Notes under the pieces: generated by a model
Told to the model about the DNA's origin: nothing
The model's database searches: none
Seen by the model: the letters and a program-made list of their open reading frames with translations, nothing else
Source of the DNA: Moniliella sp. 'wahieum'
Lineage: Eukaryota
Reading direction: 5' to 3'
NCBI GenBank assembly: GCA_003971905.1
Contig: RSEE01000031.1
Location: 310,001-374,000, forward strand
DNA: 64,000 nucleotides
Translations under genes and position numbers: made by a program
Shown here: positions 13,364 to 24,394 of the stretch, piece after piece
How positions within the stretch are numbered: the first letter of the stretch is position 1
Layout of the letters: each line of letters opens with the position of its first letter

Positions 13364-14406
13364 TTAGAGCTTGGCAGCAAACTGAACACCTTTGGTCACG
13401 TTCCCCCCCAAGTCTTTGACAGCAGCCTTGATGAGCTCCTTTTCGTATTCACTCACCGGCGGAAGAGGCAGGATTTTTTCCACTCCACGGGGGCCCAGGA
13501 CGACTGGGACAGAGAAAAAGGTAGGCTCAGCACTAAGCTGCTTCCTCACCTCTGCACCACCCACGGGATCGGCAGCAAGGTCCACGTAACTATACTCGGT
13601 CTGAGGCTTGCCTTGCGCTGCCGCAAGCACCGAGAGGGCAAAACGTGCGCCCGCATAGGCCATTGAGAGAGTTGCGCTGCCGCCGCCATTCTTGGCCTTC
13701 ACCACCTCATCTCCGCCAAATTGGATGCGGTTCGTAAGACGTGCGGTGGTCGCTTGGTCCAGTGTCTACTCCGAGAGTCAGTACCCAAGCACAGTAAAGA
13801 AAAGGGAGGGCAAAACTTACAGCACGCGGTTCGCTCTGACTAAGAAGGGGCACGATTGTGTGTCCCGAATGTCCACCGATCACGGGGACCTTCCACTTGA
13901 GCGACTCGAGCGGCTTCCCTGCGGCCTCGGCGACGAACGTGCTGGCCCGCACCACGTCGAGTGTCGTCACACCAAACAGATGGCGCGGGTCGTACACGCC
14001 CTTCTGCTTGAATACCTCGGCAAAGATGGGGACAGTAGAGTTGACCGGGTTGGAAATAACCAAACAAAGGCCTTGGGGCAATTGGCCGCGATGGAGGAGG
14101 CAATGCCGGCACAGATCTTAGCATTGACCGTGAAGAGATCGTCGCGGGTCATACCGGGTTTGCGGGGCACACCCGCAGGGATCACGACAAGGTCCGCTTT
14201 GGACAGGGCCTTGTCCAGCCCACCGTCGGCAGGAAGGTACCCGGTGACAAGGGCGGGAGTGTTAATGTGCGACACATCGGCCGCCACGCCGGGTGCGTTG
14301 ACAACATCATACAGTGCCAGCTCGGTAATGAGCTCAGACTGCTTGAGGAGCAGCGAAAGTGGCTGTCCGATACCTCCAGCAGCACGACAACAACCGCTTT
14401 GACCAT
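13364..14406 (-). CDS. MDH: NAD-dependent malate dehydrogenase, no mitochondrial presequence, C-terminal -AKL
   Basis: [75 protein letters not shown]; intron ~13770-13820. Confidence 0.93.
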
Positions 14407-14596
14407 GGCGTGCAAAACAAGGGTGGGTGATGGATTGTGGCAAAGGAGAGAACGTCCGCCCGTAGTTTCCCCGCTACGATATCTGCGAGGCTAACCGTCG
14501 GGAGATGCGCCAAATCGCGTGTTTGTGCCCTTGGCTGAGGAGGCCTGGCTTCGCGCCTCTTGGCCTCCGCGCACGGGCCCTGTCATGCGCCATGTT

Positions 14597-14672
14597 TCAA
14601 GCTTCAAGCTTCAAGCTTCAAACGAAGCTTCGCCTTCAGCTTCACTGGTCACTAGGTCACTAGGTCACTAGC
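14597..14672. repeat. TNA-N4-TNA array (TCA AGCT)x3 plus 8-bp variant (TCACTAGG)n
   Basis: TCAAGCTTCAAGCTTCAAGCTTCA at 14597-14620; GTCACTAGGTCACTAGGTCACTAG starting at 14648. Confidence 0.8.
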
Positions 14673-15375
14673 TTCACTCCTTCGCCACACCGAACCACCC
14701 CTCAACCGCGGTGGAATTGGGCCGCCATTCCGCCCTCCAGGCCGTTGCCTTATATTTGGCGGAGGATCAGCTGCCGCAGTTTTCTCTTTTCCTTCGAGCA
14801 TAAATCGAAAGGAGGCGTATATTGTAAACAGCAAACTTGGCTGTCTTCTGTGGTGTTCCTGCTCTTTCTGCTGTTGCTAGTTACATTGGTTTCCCCAACA
14901 GACTCAAAAGTTCGGTGCTGGCCTTTTCCTCCGTTCCAGTACCGCGTTCCCGTCTCCAAAAGAGTCGTGGTGTAGCAACTTGGGCTTGGCCTTTCGCCGC
15001 CACGCTTGTGAGCATTCGAGTCTCTCACGCTCCTAATGGAGGGTTACTACTTCGTCTGCCCCGCCTTCTGAGGCATGGCGAAGCATGACCCCCTGGTCCA
15101 AAAGCGCGGGGCAGTGGGAAACCTATACATGTGTGTACTTTTGTAGATATTTCGCGTGCCATGTCCGGCTCTCTCTGTGTCATACCTTACGCGCGCGATG
15201 TTATGCGACCTGTTATCTTGCCACGACAAAAAGAATGAATATGGTTGACGCCCCTCAGGAAGCGGATAATGGAAAGATGAAAAGATTTTTAACACGATCC
15301 ATACTAAACTAGACCTCATCGCCGAAGAGTCTGTGTACTGACCAGTGTTCTTTGTCCACAGTCTCTATACTGTAA

Positions 15376-15480
15376 CCATATCATTGACAAAAAGAGCGCA
15401 GAGCTGGGAGACAAAGAAGCGCTGCGCCTCAGAAACCGACCCGTTTAATAGGCGTATGTTGCTGGTTAGCGTCCACCCCG
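15376..15480 (-). mobile_element. Diverged 3' tail of CRE-like non-LTR element (short copy)
   Basis: Minus strand reads GGGGTGGACGCTAACC...AACGGGTCGGTTT..GCGCAGCGCTT..TCCCAGCT...TGTCAATGATATGG, colinear with the tails at 52255-52366 and 56460-56552. Confidence 0.6.
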
Positions 15481-15682
15481 TTTAGACAATACTTCATCAA
15501 TTCATCTTCCGGGGACAGAGTCATTCAAGCGGTAAATGCTGGCCTGAAAATGTCACAAGCACTGGCCCAAAAAAGTATATAGAGAATGGTTGAGAAGATC
15601 CGTTTAAGAGTGGTCACGGAGGTGCTTTTGAAAGGGGAGATATTTTACGCCCTCTCACAACTTCCGTCGTTACACTACTCTA

Positions 15683-16263
15683 CGCCTCCATATCATTGAC
15701 AGAGAGCTGAAGGCTGGGACAGGGGAAACGCTACGTCTAAACTGAACCGTTCATCTTGCGGGGGTTAGTTGGAAGCGCCACCAAGGTCAAGGAACCAGGG
15801 AGATCGCCAGGATATCAGGACCCTCCCGTGGTCGCCATCCGGTCCCGTACCCTAGGAAGCGCATGTGGACACGGATGAACGTGGTTGACATCCGAGCGAG
15901 GAACCATTTCCACTGAGACTTAGTAGCCGACTCCTTCCAATGCGCAAACAACTTGCCCGCTGTCTTGGTGCCGGAGTATCCTCGCGTCGTCAAAACCATC
16001 AGGGGCAAAAACGGCTCTTGAGTGCGTCCCTGGTACTTGGCGTTCTTGTCGCATTCTGCTTGTTCAAGCAGCCGAAGCAGCTCCTTCTCCCGGCGCTCCA
16101 AGGGGGTTGCGGTGCTATCATGCACCACCCTCCGGTGCGCGCTCTGCGCCTCCAGCAATCCCGTTTCGCGCAGCGTGTGGTCTACCTCTCCATTCCTACC
16201 TGATCCTCCGAGTGCTCCGGGCCCCATCACGCGGTAGTCGGTGCGCTGCGCCTCTGTCCGCGC
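15683..16263 (-). mobile_element. 5'-truncated CRE-clade non-LTR retrotransposon: RLE endonuclease fragment plus 3' UTR
   Basis: RTDYRVMGPG..EVDHTL..CDKNAKYQG..FLPLMVLTTRG (RxD / D / KxxKY / PxVxxxxG pattern of restriction-like endonucleases); near-identical to 23640-24170 and 56000-56550. Confidence 0.8.
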
Positions 16264-16496
16264 CTACTCTATATATACACCCCAGATAGCGGATAGGTGT
16301 ACCTCTCCGAGTCGTTGATCGTAACCGTCACACCACCACTGCAATAGCGTATGGCTGTGTGATACTCCCATTGCTTCACTACCGACTAATAGATAAGGGC
16401 GGGAGTCAGTTCCGTGGAGTAGCGATGTGTTCACCACACTAAAACATTTACCCCGCGAAATGTGGCACCCGAAGGACCGGACGATATGGCGTAGAC

Positions 16497-16549
16497 TAGG
16501 GTTGCGCAATCAAACCGAAAACTGCGGAACCCTACTGCAACCCTACTGC
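16497..16549 (+). promoter_or_regulatory. Three AACCCTA/TAGGGTT (telobox or Homol-E-like) motifs upstream of RPS18
   Basis: TAGGGTT at 16497-16503; tandem AACCCTACTGC x2 at 16528-16549, ~140-190 bp upstream of the ATG. Confidence 0.45.
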
Positions 16550-16688
16550 ACTCTTCTGTCCGTCATTCTCGCTCTGGCCATCGACGCCCACCATAGTAGC
16601 GCTTCTCGCCCATCGCCCCAAGCCTAGTACGTGCTCTCCTCCCCGCTCCTCGTCGACGCGGCGTGCTGACAATGTGCAGCTGCCCACC

Positions 16689-17293
16689 ATGTCCCTCGTG
16701 CCTATGGACGCGTCGCAGAGCTTTGCGCACATTCTGCGTTTGCTCAACACCAATGTTGATGGCCGGGTCAAGATCATGTACGCTCTGACCCAGATCAAGG
16801 GTGTTGGCCGCCGGTTCGCCAACATGGTGTGCAAGAAGGCCGACATTGACCTTAACAAGCGGTGCGTTCCTTTACTCGGTCACGGGACGTAGTAGGCGAT
16901 GCACATCCCGCCTCCGTCCCCGCTTGTACTGCACGGGTGGCAGCAGGTCCGCGCCGTGTTATGCAGAAAGGGGTGATACTGACCTTTACTGGTTGTGACA
17001 GTGCCGGTGAGCTCAACTCGGACGAGTTGGAACGTGTGGTGAACATTCTCCAGAACCCTCAGGAGTTCAAGATCCCCGACTGGTTCCTCAACCGGCAGCG
17101 GGACGTGACGACGGGCAAGTCGTCGCAGCTCGTGTCGAACAACATTGACTCGGCTCTGCGTGAGGACATTGAGCGCCTGAAGAAGATCCGCGCTCACCGT
17201 GGTATCCGTCACTACTTGCAGCTCCGCGTGCGTGGCCAGCACACGAAGACCACTGGTCGCCGTGGCCGTGCCATCGCCGGCAAGAAGAAGTAA
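16689..17293 (+). CDS. RPS18: 40S ribosomal protein S18 (uS13); intron 16862-17001
   Basis: [71 protein letters not shown]. Confidence 0.96.
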
Positions 17294-18472
17294 ACGCGTC
17301 CAGTCACATCTGGTTCTAGCCTCCCCTTCGGAGGATTATGTTCTTAAGCTGGCCCTCCTTTGGTTATCTGGGCTAGGGACGGGATACTATGCCTCATGTA
17401 TCCCTGCTGCGCAGCGTTGCAGCACAAAATGGCACACGCTTCATGCTAGCCTACGACGCGTGGTGGACTCGATTGGATCTGTTGCTCCATCGACCGCGAT
17501 GGTTTCACATATACAGCCATCACGGTTACTCATGGCGAGCGATTGTTTCTGAATAGACAGTGGCAGTGTGGGCTTTCCCGCACGATAGTGGTTACTGGAA
17601 TAGCAAACGGGTTACGGAGCTTTTGGTCAGTATATTGGCTACACCAAACCAGCTTGGTCAGGCCTGGACCGAGGATAGTGGCGTCGGCCAGTTTGCAGCG
17701 TCCATGTCCACCGAGCAACAACAGTAGAACCCACAACTCCACCCCCGCACATCTTCGCTTTACTTCTTTCCACGCCATCCCAGGGCCATGTTAGCATCCG
17801 TACCAGAATTAAACCCTATCCGTCTCCCCCCGCGACCGCACTGTAAAAAAGACCACTGCGAATAGCGCACTGGTCGGCAAGTATGTCGCCATGGCACCAG
17901 CGCCCACACTGGCGCACATCCACTTGCCCCTGAACCCGAACCTGCATAGTACTACTAGGGATGTGACACCCCTTCCCGCTGCAGGAGATTTCTCGGTTTC
18001 TTCAAACAACTTGATGTCCCACCTCCCTCCCTAGCTTGATGACTTCCCCCCTTCTCAGATCGAATCATTGCGTCCGCAGGCCGGAGTACACTGCCGTGGG
18101 TCATGAGCACACACCGTTCCGATTCAGATAATGGATTCTCTCTGCATGCATCGCCCCCTCTCCAGACGACGAAAACGCCAGTACCACTCAAGATGATGCC
18201 AATGTAAAGGAACTATACAGATAACGTCAGTATTTCGCCGTATGATTATCCCTCTCCGACAAGTCCTGACCTATTCAGCATTCATGTAGCATCTCAGTCG
18301 CTTCAGTCAAAAAATCTGTCTTAAAAGAGAGCTGGACAACATAGTATTGGCATCTTATACTTGAACTGCCAGCCAGTCATACATAAAGAGAAAAACAACC
18401 ATTACTTACAGGGAACTGTAACTGAATATCCAAACTGGAAGAAGCAAAGGGCACTAACAATGAACATCAAGT

Positions 18473-21400
18473 TCACCGCGATCCCTTGGGAGGCCGCCAG
18501 AGGTTAAGAAGCAGGGCGTTGAACACGACTGAAGAAGAAGAAAGCGCCATTGCCAATCCAGACCAAGACGGGCCGAGGGAAAAGTGGGCGGGCTCAAGAA
18601 TGCCGGCGGCGATGGGGATCAAGGTCAAGTTGAACACAGCTGCCCAGGCGAAGTTCTGATAAATCTTGAACGTGGTAGCAGACGAGAGGGAGAGGACCGT
18701 CTCGATACTCCGCAGGGGCGCTTGCTTGACAAAAGAATGAAGTCGCGCTTGAATGAGCAATGCTAGATCCGCTGCCCATTGCCAGACTCACGTCCGCTGC
18801 GGCAAGTGCAGGGGAATCATTGATGCCATCGCCAATGAAGAAGACAAGAGGGCGGGTTTTCCGAACATGTGCGACGCGCCTGCGCTGTAGAATGCGCTGG
18901 AACGATTGAAAGCCCTTTCGGGCCCACCCAAAGCACCCCCTGAGCCGACTAGCGGTCGCCATCCCTCCCCCCACATGGTTGGAGCAGGCCTCAACAGCCC
19001 CTGAGTCAGGCTCCGTGGTAGATCCAGTACGAAGGCCATCAATGAGTTCCTGCTTTCCTTGGGGAGAAAGGCCGGCCATGACCCTTCCCGGAGGGATAGA
19101 TATCTTCTTCGCGACCGCCAAAGCTGTTGCCTCATTATCCCCAGTCAACATCCAGATGTCGGCCTTGTACTTTGGCGGAGAGTGGCGAGAACCTCATCCG
19201 CTTCGGGACGGATGGCATCCGCGATAGAAAATACCCTGCCAAGTTGGCCTCACCTTCGCCTTCCCCAGGAGAAGAAGACCAGTGCCAGGCAACATAAATG
19301 ACGATGCTGCCATCCTCTCGCCATTGTTTTCCGTACTGTTGGAGCTCGTCTTTGTCGGAAGGAAATGTGAGTCCAGCACCCCGCATGAGAGTCTCGTTCC
19401 CAGCGTACAAAGTCGCTTTGCGGCCTTCCATAGAGACGGTAGCCTTCACCCCTTGTCCCGCCAGCTCCTGTGTATCCAAAATGGAGACCGAGGGCCGAGG
19501 CTTCTTCCGTAAAGTAAGACTGAACAAAGCCCAACAAGGCCACAGCAATTGGGTGGGTTGAAAGTTCCTCCACCATACCCAGGGCGAGAGGACAGGCCCC
19601 TCCATGCCAACAGTAAGGTGATGGTCCACTACTCGTGCCCCCTCACCCATGGTAATGGTCCCCGTTTTGTCGGTCAGGAGCATAAGCGGGCGGTGGCGCA
19701 AACTGACTGGGAAGCGACTTGGAACGCCTCCCCACCGCCATTGACCAGAACTCCATGCCGGCTAGCAAGGCCAAGACCAACCATCTGGGCTGCCGGTGCA
19801 GCCAATCCGATGCCACAGGGGCATGCGACCACCACGACGCTGACGCCAAATCGAATGCAAAAAAGGGCAGCGGCACCGGAACGGGTAGGTTGGTCGACAT
19901 GCGCATTGATCCACTCTTGACTCACAGCGCCATAGACAATGGCGAACCAGAGGGTCATGACAAGGAGAGCGAGGTAGACGATAAAGGGGACAAAGTACCC
20001 GGTTAGGGTATCGGCCAAGCGCTGGATGGATGCCTTACGACCCGAAGCCTCACGAACCGCCTCCAGGATCGAGTCGATCATGCAGCTGTCGGGAAGGGAA
20101 GTCACCTTCCCCGAACAGCCGTTGGACCCGCATTTGCTGTCCCAGTAAATACCGTCTCTCCCACCTCTTTTCTCACAGGTCGGTCCTCGCCCGTCAAACT
20201 CGATTCGTTGTTGAAGACAGCATCCGTTGTGAGCAGGCTGCAGTCCAGAGGGGGGACGCGCCCGGTCGGATAAGTACGATGTCCCCCAACTCGAGCATGT
20301 CCACGGGCACTTCCTTGTGCCGACCTTGTTCGTTCTCCGTCTCCGAAACAAGCAACGCGATGGAAGGCTTTAGTCCGCCCAACTGAGCGACGGCGTCGCC
20401 CGTGCGCCGCTTAGACCAATTCTCAAGGGAGCGTCCCAGGAGAATGAAGAAATTGAGAAATACACACGAATCAAAGAAACTCATCCCCGAGTCTTCCCCT
20501 TGGGGAGCGTGAGCAGCATCCACAAAGAGAAACGCCATGCTGGTAAAATAGGCAACCGAGGTAGCCAGCGCTACCAGAACATCCATGTTCCCCACCGAAA
20601 GATCCGGTCGAACCACGGGCGTCCCTTTCGCCAGACAGATTTGAGGGAATGGTAAGAGCCGATGTAAAAGACGCTGCCTACTCCAAATTGAACAGGCGTG
20701 GCGAGACTCCATAGAATAACCTCCCCAGGGACGCGGCTCCCCAGACAGGTCGTTCGATTTCCCTCCGGAGGTGAGAACGCTTGCTGATTAACGATGGAGC
20801 AATCACAGCAATTACCAGAGTAGGGATAGCAAAGACACCGGCAATGAGAGTGCGAATAATCATGGAGCGAAGCTCCCTTTCGGCCACCTTCGTCCGGGCC
20901 GCAAGAGAGGGAGGGGCAACGTAAGATGCACTAAAGCCAGGGTCAAGAGCGTCCAAGCGGGCAAGGAAATCACGCAGAGTGAGGGAAATGGTGCGCCCGT
21001 CACCAAGCTCGACTGGTGTGGAGGGGTCCGAGCGATAGCTCACACTCAGAATGGGGTGATCAAGACTGAACCGGTCCACATTTCTGCCTTGGTCGAAAAC
21101 TTGTCATCCCCAAACGCCCCGTCCAAGAATCAACTCCTTCTTGACTTCTTGACGCAGGACCACAAAACATACCCTCCATTGCAATCTTTACCGTACGCTT
21201 GGAGACCTCAGGCTTGTTCGCCTGCGCTTCGCGAGGTGACTCTTGCTTCTCCACTGAGACAAGCTCGGCGTCGTAGCCACTGTCGTCGATCGCCTCTCGC
21301 ATTGCTTCGGCATACGCCTCGACGGCACCCTTGACCTTGGTCTTCAGCTCAGCACCAGCGAACGGCTGAGCCAGGACCTCTGCCAAAGCCGAGCCGTCAA

Positions 21401-22774
21401 GGAGATTGACTTGGAAAGATGACGGTGATAGGGGGGGACTCTCCATCTTTGTCCATGGTTCCCACAGCGGATTGCACATGCTGCTCAATGAAGGTCTTGG
21501 CAGACGCCTCTACGTTGCCCACGCAGGAGGCGCACGTCATCCCCCGATAGAGAATGTAAATTTCCAACGTGTCTCTCCACGCGGAGGGGCGATCTCCTTC
21601 GCCTCGATGGAAACGACTTCCGCATCAAACCCAATATCTTCGATTGCCTCGACGATCTTCTGTCGGTCTGCATCAACCTGCTCCTTGGTGGAAACAAAGA
21701 CGGCTGACGCGGTTCCGCCCATAAGGTCGATCTGGATCCCGGCCGAGGCATTCAAATGTGGACGCAAGAGGCCCTCCTCCACCAAAGGAGCTAGACCCGA
21801 TTCGATTGAGGAAACACATGACGCGCAGGTCATTCCCCCAATGATAAGTTTGATCTTGTATTCTGTTTTAGAAGATGATAACTCCGCTACCTCCTCCTCC
21901 TCCACGGAAGGAAGTGGGGGCGTGGTTGTTTCTGACGACGACTGAGGCGGAGATTCGCCCTTGAGCGAAGCCTGACAGGCCTTGCATGCACGTAAATGGT
22001 GCTCCCACCGCTCTCTCTTGCGCAGAGCGGCCTGTCTCATCTCCCACTCGCCCCAAGGGGAGAGGAGTGTACGGACCGAGAAGAGTGCAGGCACCTCCGG
22101 GGGCGGCACGGCCGAATGCGCTCCATTATCAACATCTTCCGACAACGGCTTGGTGCTGACATGAAGATCAGTCAGGTCGAGTGTCTGTGTCCCCACACCT
22201 TGAGGCGGCCGGACTTGAACCGAGTCGATGCTATATCCCGAGACGAGGAGGGAGCGAACAACGCCCCTAAGCACAGCGAGGAGAGTAAGTTCTTCAACTC
22301 CTCCCGAAGGAAAGGAAAGGGTAAAATGAATACTGTGGGCGAGCAACGAGACTTCCACTTGAGATAAAGTAGCTTTGGATCGACGCAGCGCAGCAGCCGC
22401 ATCTCCGTCAAGGCTCGCAGACGAGGGGATACGGGCTAGGCGCGCGGGCCGCCCCGCTGCCCCTGAAAGAACGGGGGCACCTCGGCCTTCAAACCGCGTA
22501 AGTTGCCCGGCGGGAGGGTGTGGCAGGCTTGGTACGTGCTTGGGCATCCTCAAGCTCAGTGATGTACGACACGCAGGAAGGGCAGTGCAGCGACGGGCCG
22601 AGCAAAGTCAGATGTTAGCCCCACATAGAAAACAAGGGAATGGTACGCACTGATGAGCTGCACTGAATAGCTCGCCATCAGCGGCTGCGAATTGGGTGCC
22701 TGCCCTTCGGAAATGCGGGCGCGATGGCGGTGGCGACGCGGAGCGGAGAGGCTGGTAGAAGGTGAGCTTGACAT
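18473..22774 (-). CDS. P1B-type heavy-metal (Cu) transporting ATPase, CCC2/CRP1-like; many frameshifts; start uncertain
   Basis: Two GGMTCASC and one GMFC.. HMA motifs, GNMDVLVALATS, SLTGE, VVVACPCGIGLAAP, DKTGT, HP, GDGIND, MALSS. Confidence 0.9.
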
Positions 22775-22974
22775 GGAAGGATAGATGAGGACACTCGGGT
22801 GGAGAGCTCGGAGCGTTCAGGGAGTGGCGAAAAAAAACGCTCCGAGCATTCCCTTTTTTTAACTGTGCAACCATGTCGGAGCTAAATCCGCGGAATTAAT
22901 TTGTCCCGACGCGGGATCAGATCGATTATCGATTATCGACTAACCTGGACGAGCGCATGGCATGAGCCAAGCAC

Positions 22975-24178
22975 GGTAACAGTCTGAGGGAGAACATGCC
23001 TCAGTTTGATGGCATCACTCGCCAGGGACGCCTCTTACTATGGCGGCTCAGCTGAGCACTCAGACCAAGCTGCGCCACCTGCTCCGCACCATGCAGATGG
23101 AAGGAGACTAGACGACGACGTGCTGGCCGAGATTGATGCCTTCATCTGTACGGAGTTCAGACGGATCCGGGGCGACGAGGATCCCCAAGGTGCCAAGGAC
23201 GACCACCTCGACATGCTCATGAGCCTGCCTCTCTTCGGCTGGGAGGATGTGGCAGCCCGCTTTACTCGTATATCGCGCCCCACGCCCGTGCCGCGGCCAA
23301 CGAGGTCAACGACTATCTTATTACCACTTATGTTGACCGTTCGGGACCGCAAACGGCAAGGGCCAACGCATTTACGAAGCAACGCCAGCGCTGCCGCGAG
23401 ATGTGGGAGCAAAGTCGACAGGAGCTGCTCCAGAAGCTGGACGCTGCCGATGGTCGCCATGTGGTTGAGCACAGCAACCCGCTGAGCCACAACTGGCTCT
23501 CCGCCATTCCGTCCGTCCCGTACCTCAAGCTCTCCGACCAGCAGGTCCAGGTCGGTCTCCAGCTCCTACGCTCCATCCTCGACACCCATGTCCGCAACGA
23601 ACCTATGGTGGAGGACGAGGATGGAGAAGACAGAGGACGCAGCGCACCGACTACCGCGTGATGGGGCCCGGAGCACTCGGAGGATCAGGAATGGAGGTAG
23701 ACACACGCTGCGCGACACGGGATCACTGGCGGCGCAGAGCGCGTTCCGGAGCGTGGTGATGAGAGCACCGCAACCCCCTTGGAACGCCGGGAGAAGGAGC
23801 TGCTTCGGATGCTTGAAATGCGACAAGAACGCTAAGTACCAGGGACGCACTCAAGAGCCGTTTTTCCCCCTGGTTTTGACGACGCGAGGATACTACGGCA
23901 CCAAGACGGCGGGCAAGTTGTTCGCGCATTGGAAGGAGTTGGCTACTAAGTCTCAGTGGAAATGGTTCCTCGCTCGGATGTCAACCACGTTCCTCCGTGT
24001 CCACACGCGCTTCCTAGGGTACGGGACCGGATGGCGTGAGCCGGAGGGTCCTGATATCCTGGCGATCCCCTGGTCCCTTGACCCTGGTGGCGCCCCCAAG
24101 TAACCCCGCAAGATGAACGGTTAGGTTTAGACGTAGCGTTCCCCCTGTCCCAGCCTTAAGCTCCGTCAATGAAATGGA
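22975..24178 (+). mobile_element. Longest CRE-clade (Cnl1/MoTeR-like) non-LTR fragment: RT C-terminal region, WLxAxP box, RLE, 3' UTR; decayed
   Basis: Read across frameshifts: QTKLRHLLRTM, LMSLP.RLGGCG, QRCREMWEQ, HNWLSAIPSVPYLKLSD, RTDYRV, CDKNAKYQG, FPLVLTTRG, then the shared tail ending GTCAATGAAATGG. Confidence 0.82.
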
Positions 24179-24394
24179 CGTGACTTAGGGATGTGTTCAG
24201 CGTGTTCAACGTATTCAAAACGAAAACGTTAAACGTGAATCTAAAATGCTGATGTACTTAACTGAACCTCCCATCCCACCAACCGAAACGAATAATATGA
24301 AGAACACATCAATGTTAGGAAAAGGGAGCGGTATAGGACACAAAAAGGGACAGGAGCATAGTAAGGCAAGGCAAGGAAGAGTTGGCTCTGCGCT

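Noticed and set aside
16862..17001. snoRNA in the longer-than-usual RPS18 intron
   Set aside because: No convincing C/D (RTGATGA..CTGA) or H/ACA box arrangement is visible.
24181..24190. TTAGGG just after a CRE-like 3' end (and TAACCCCTAA near 52391) as telomere-repeat targeting
   Set aside because: Single hexamers, not at a consistent distance, and absent at the other copies.
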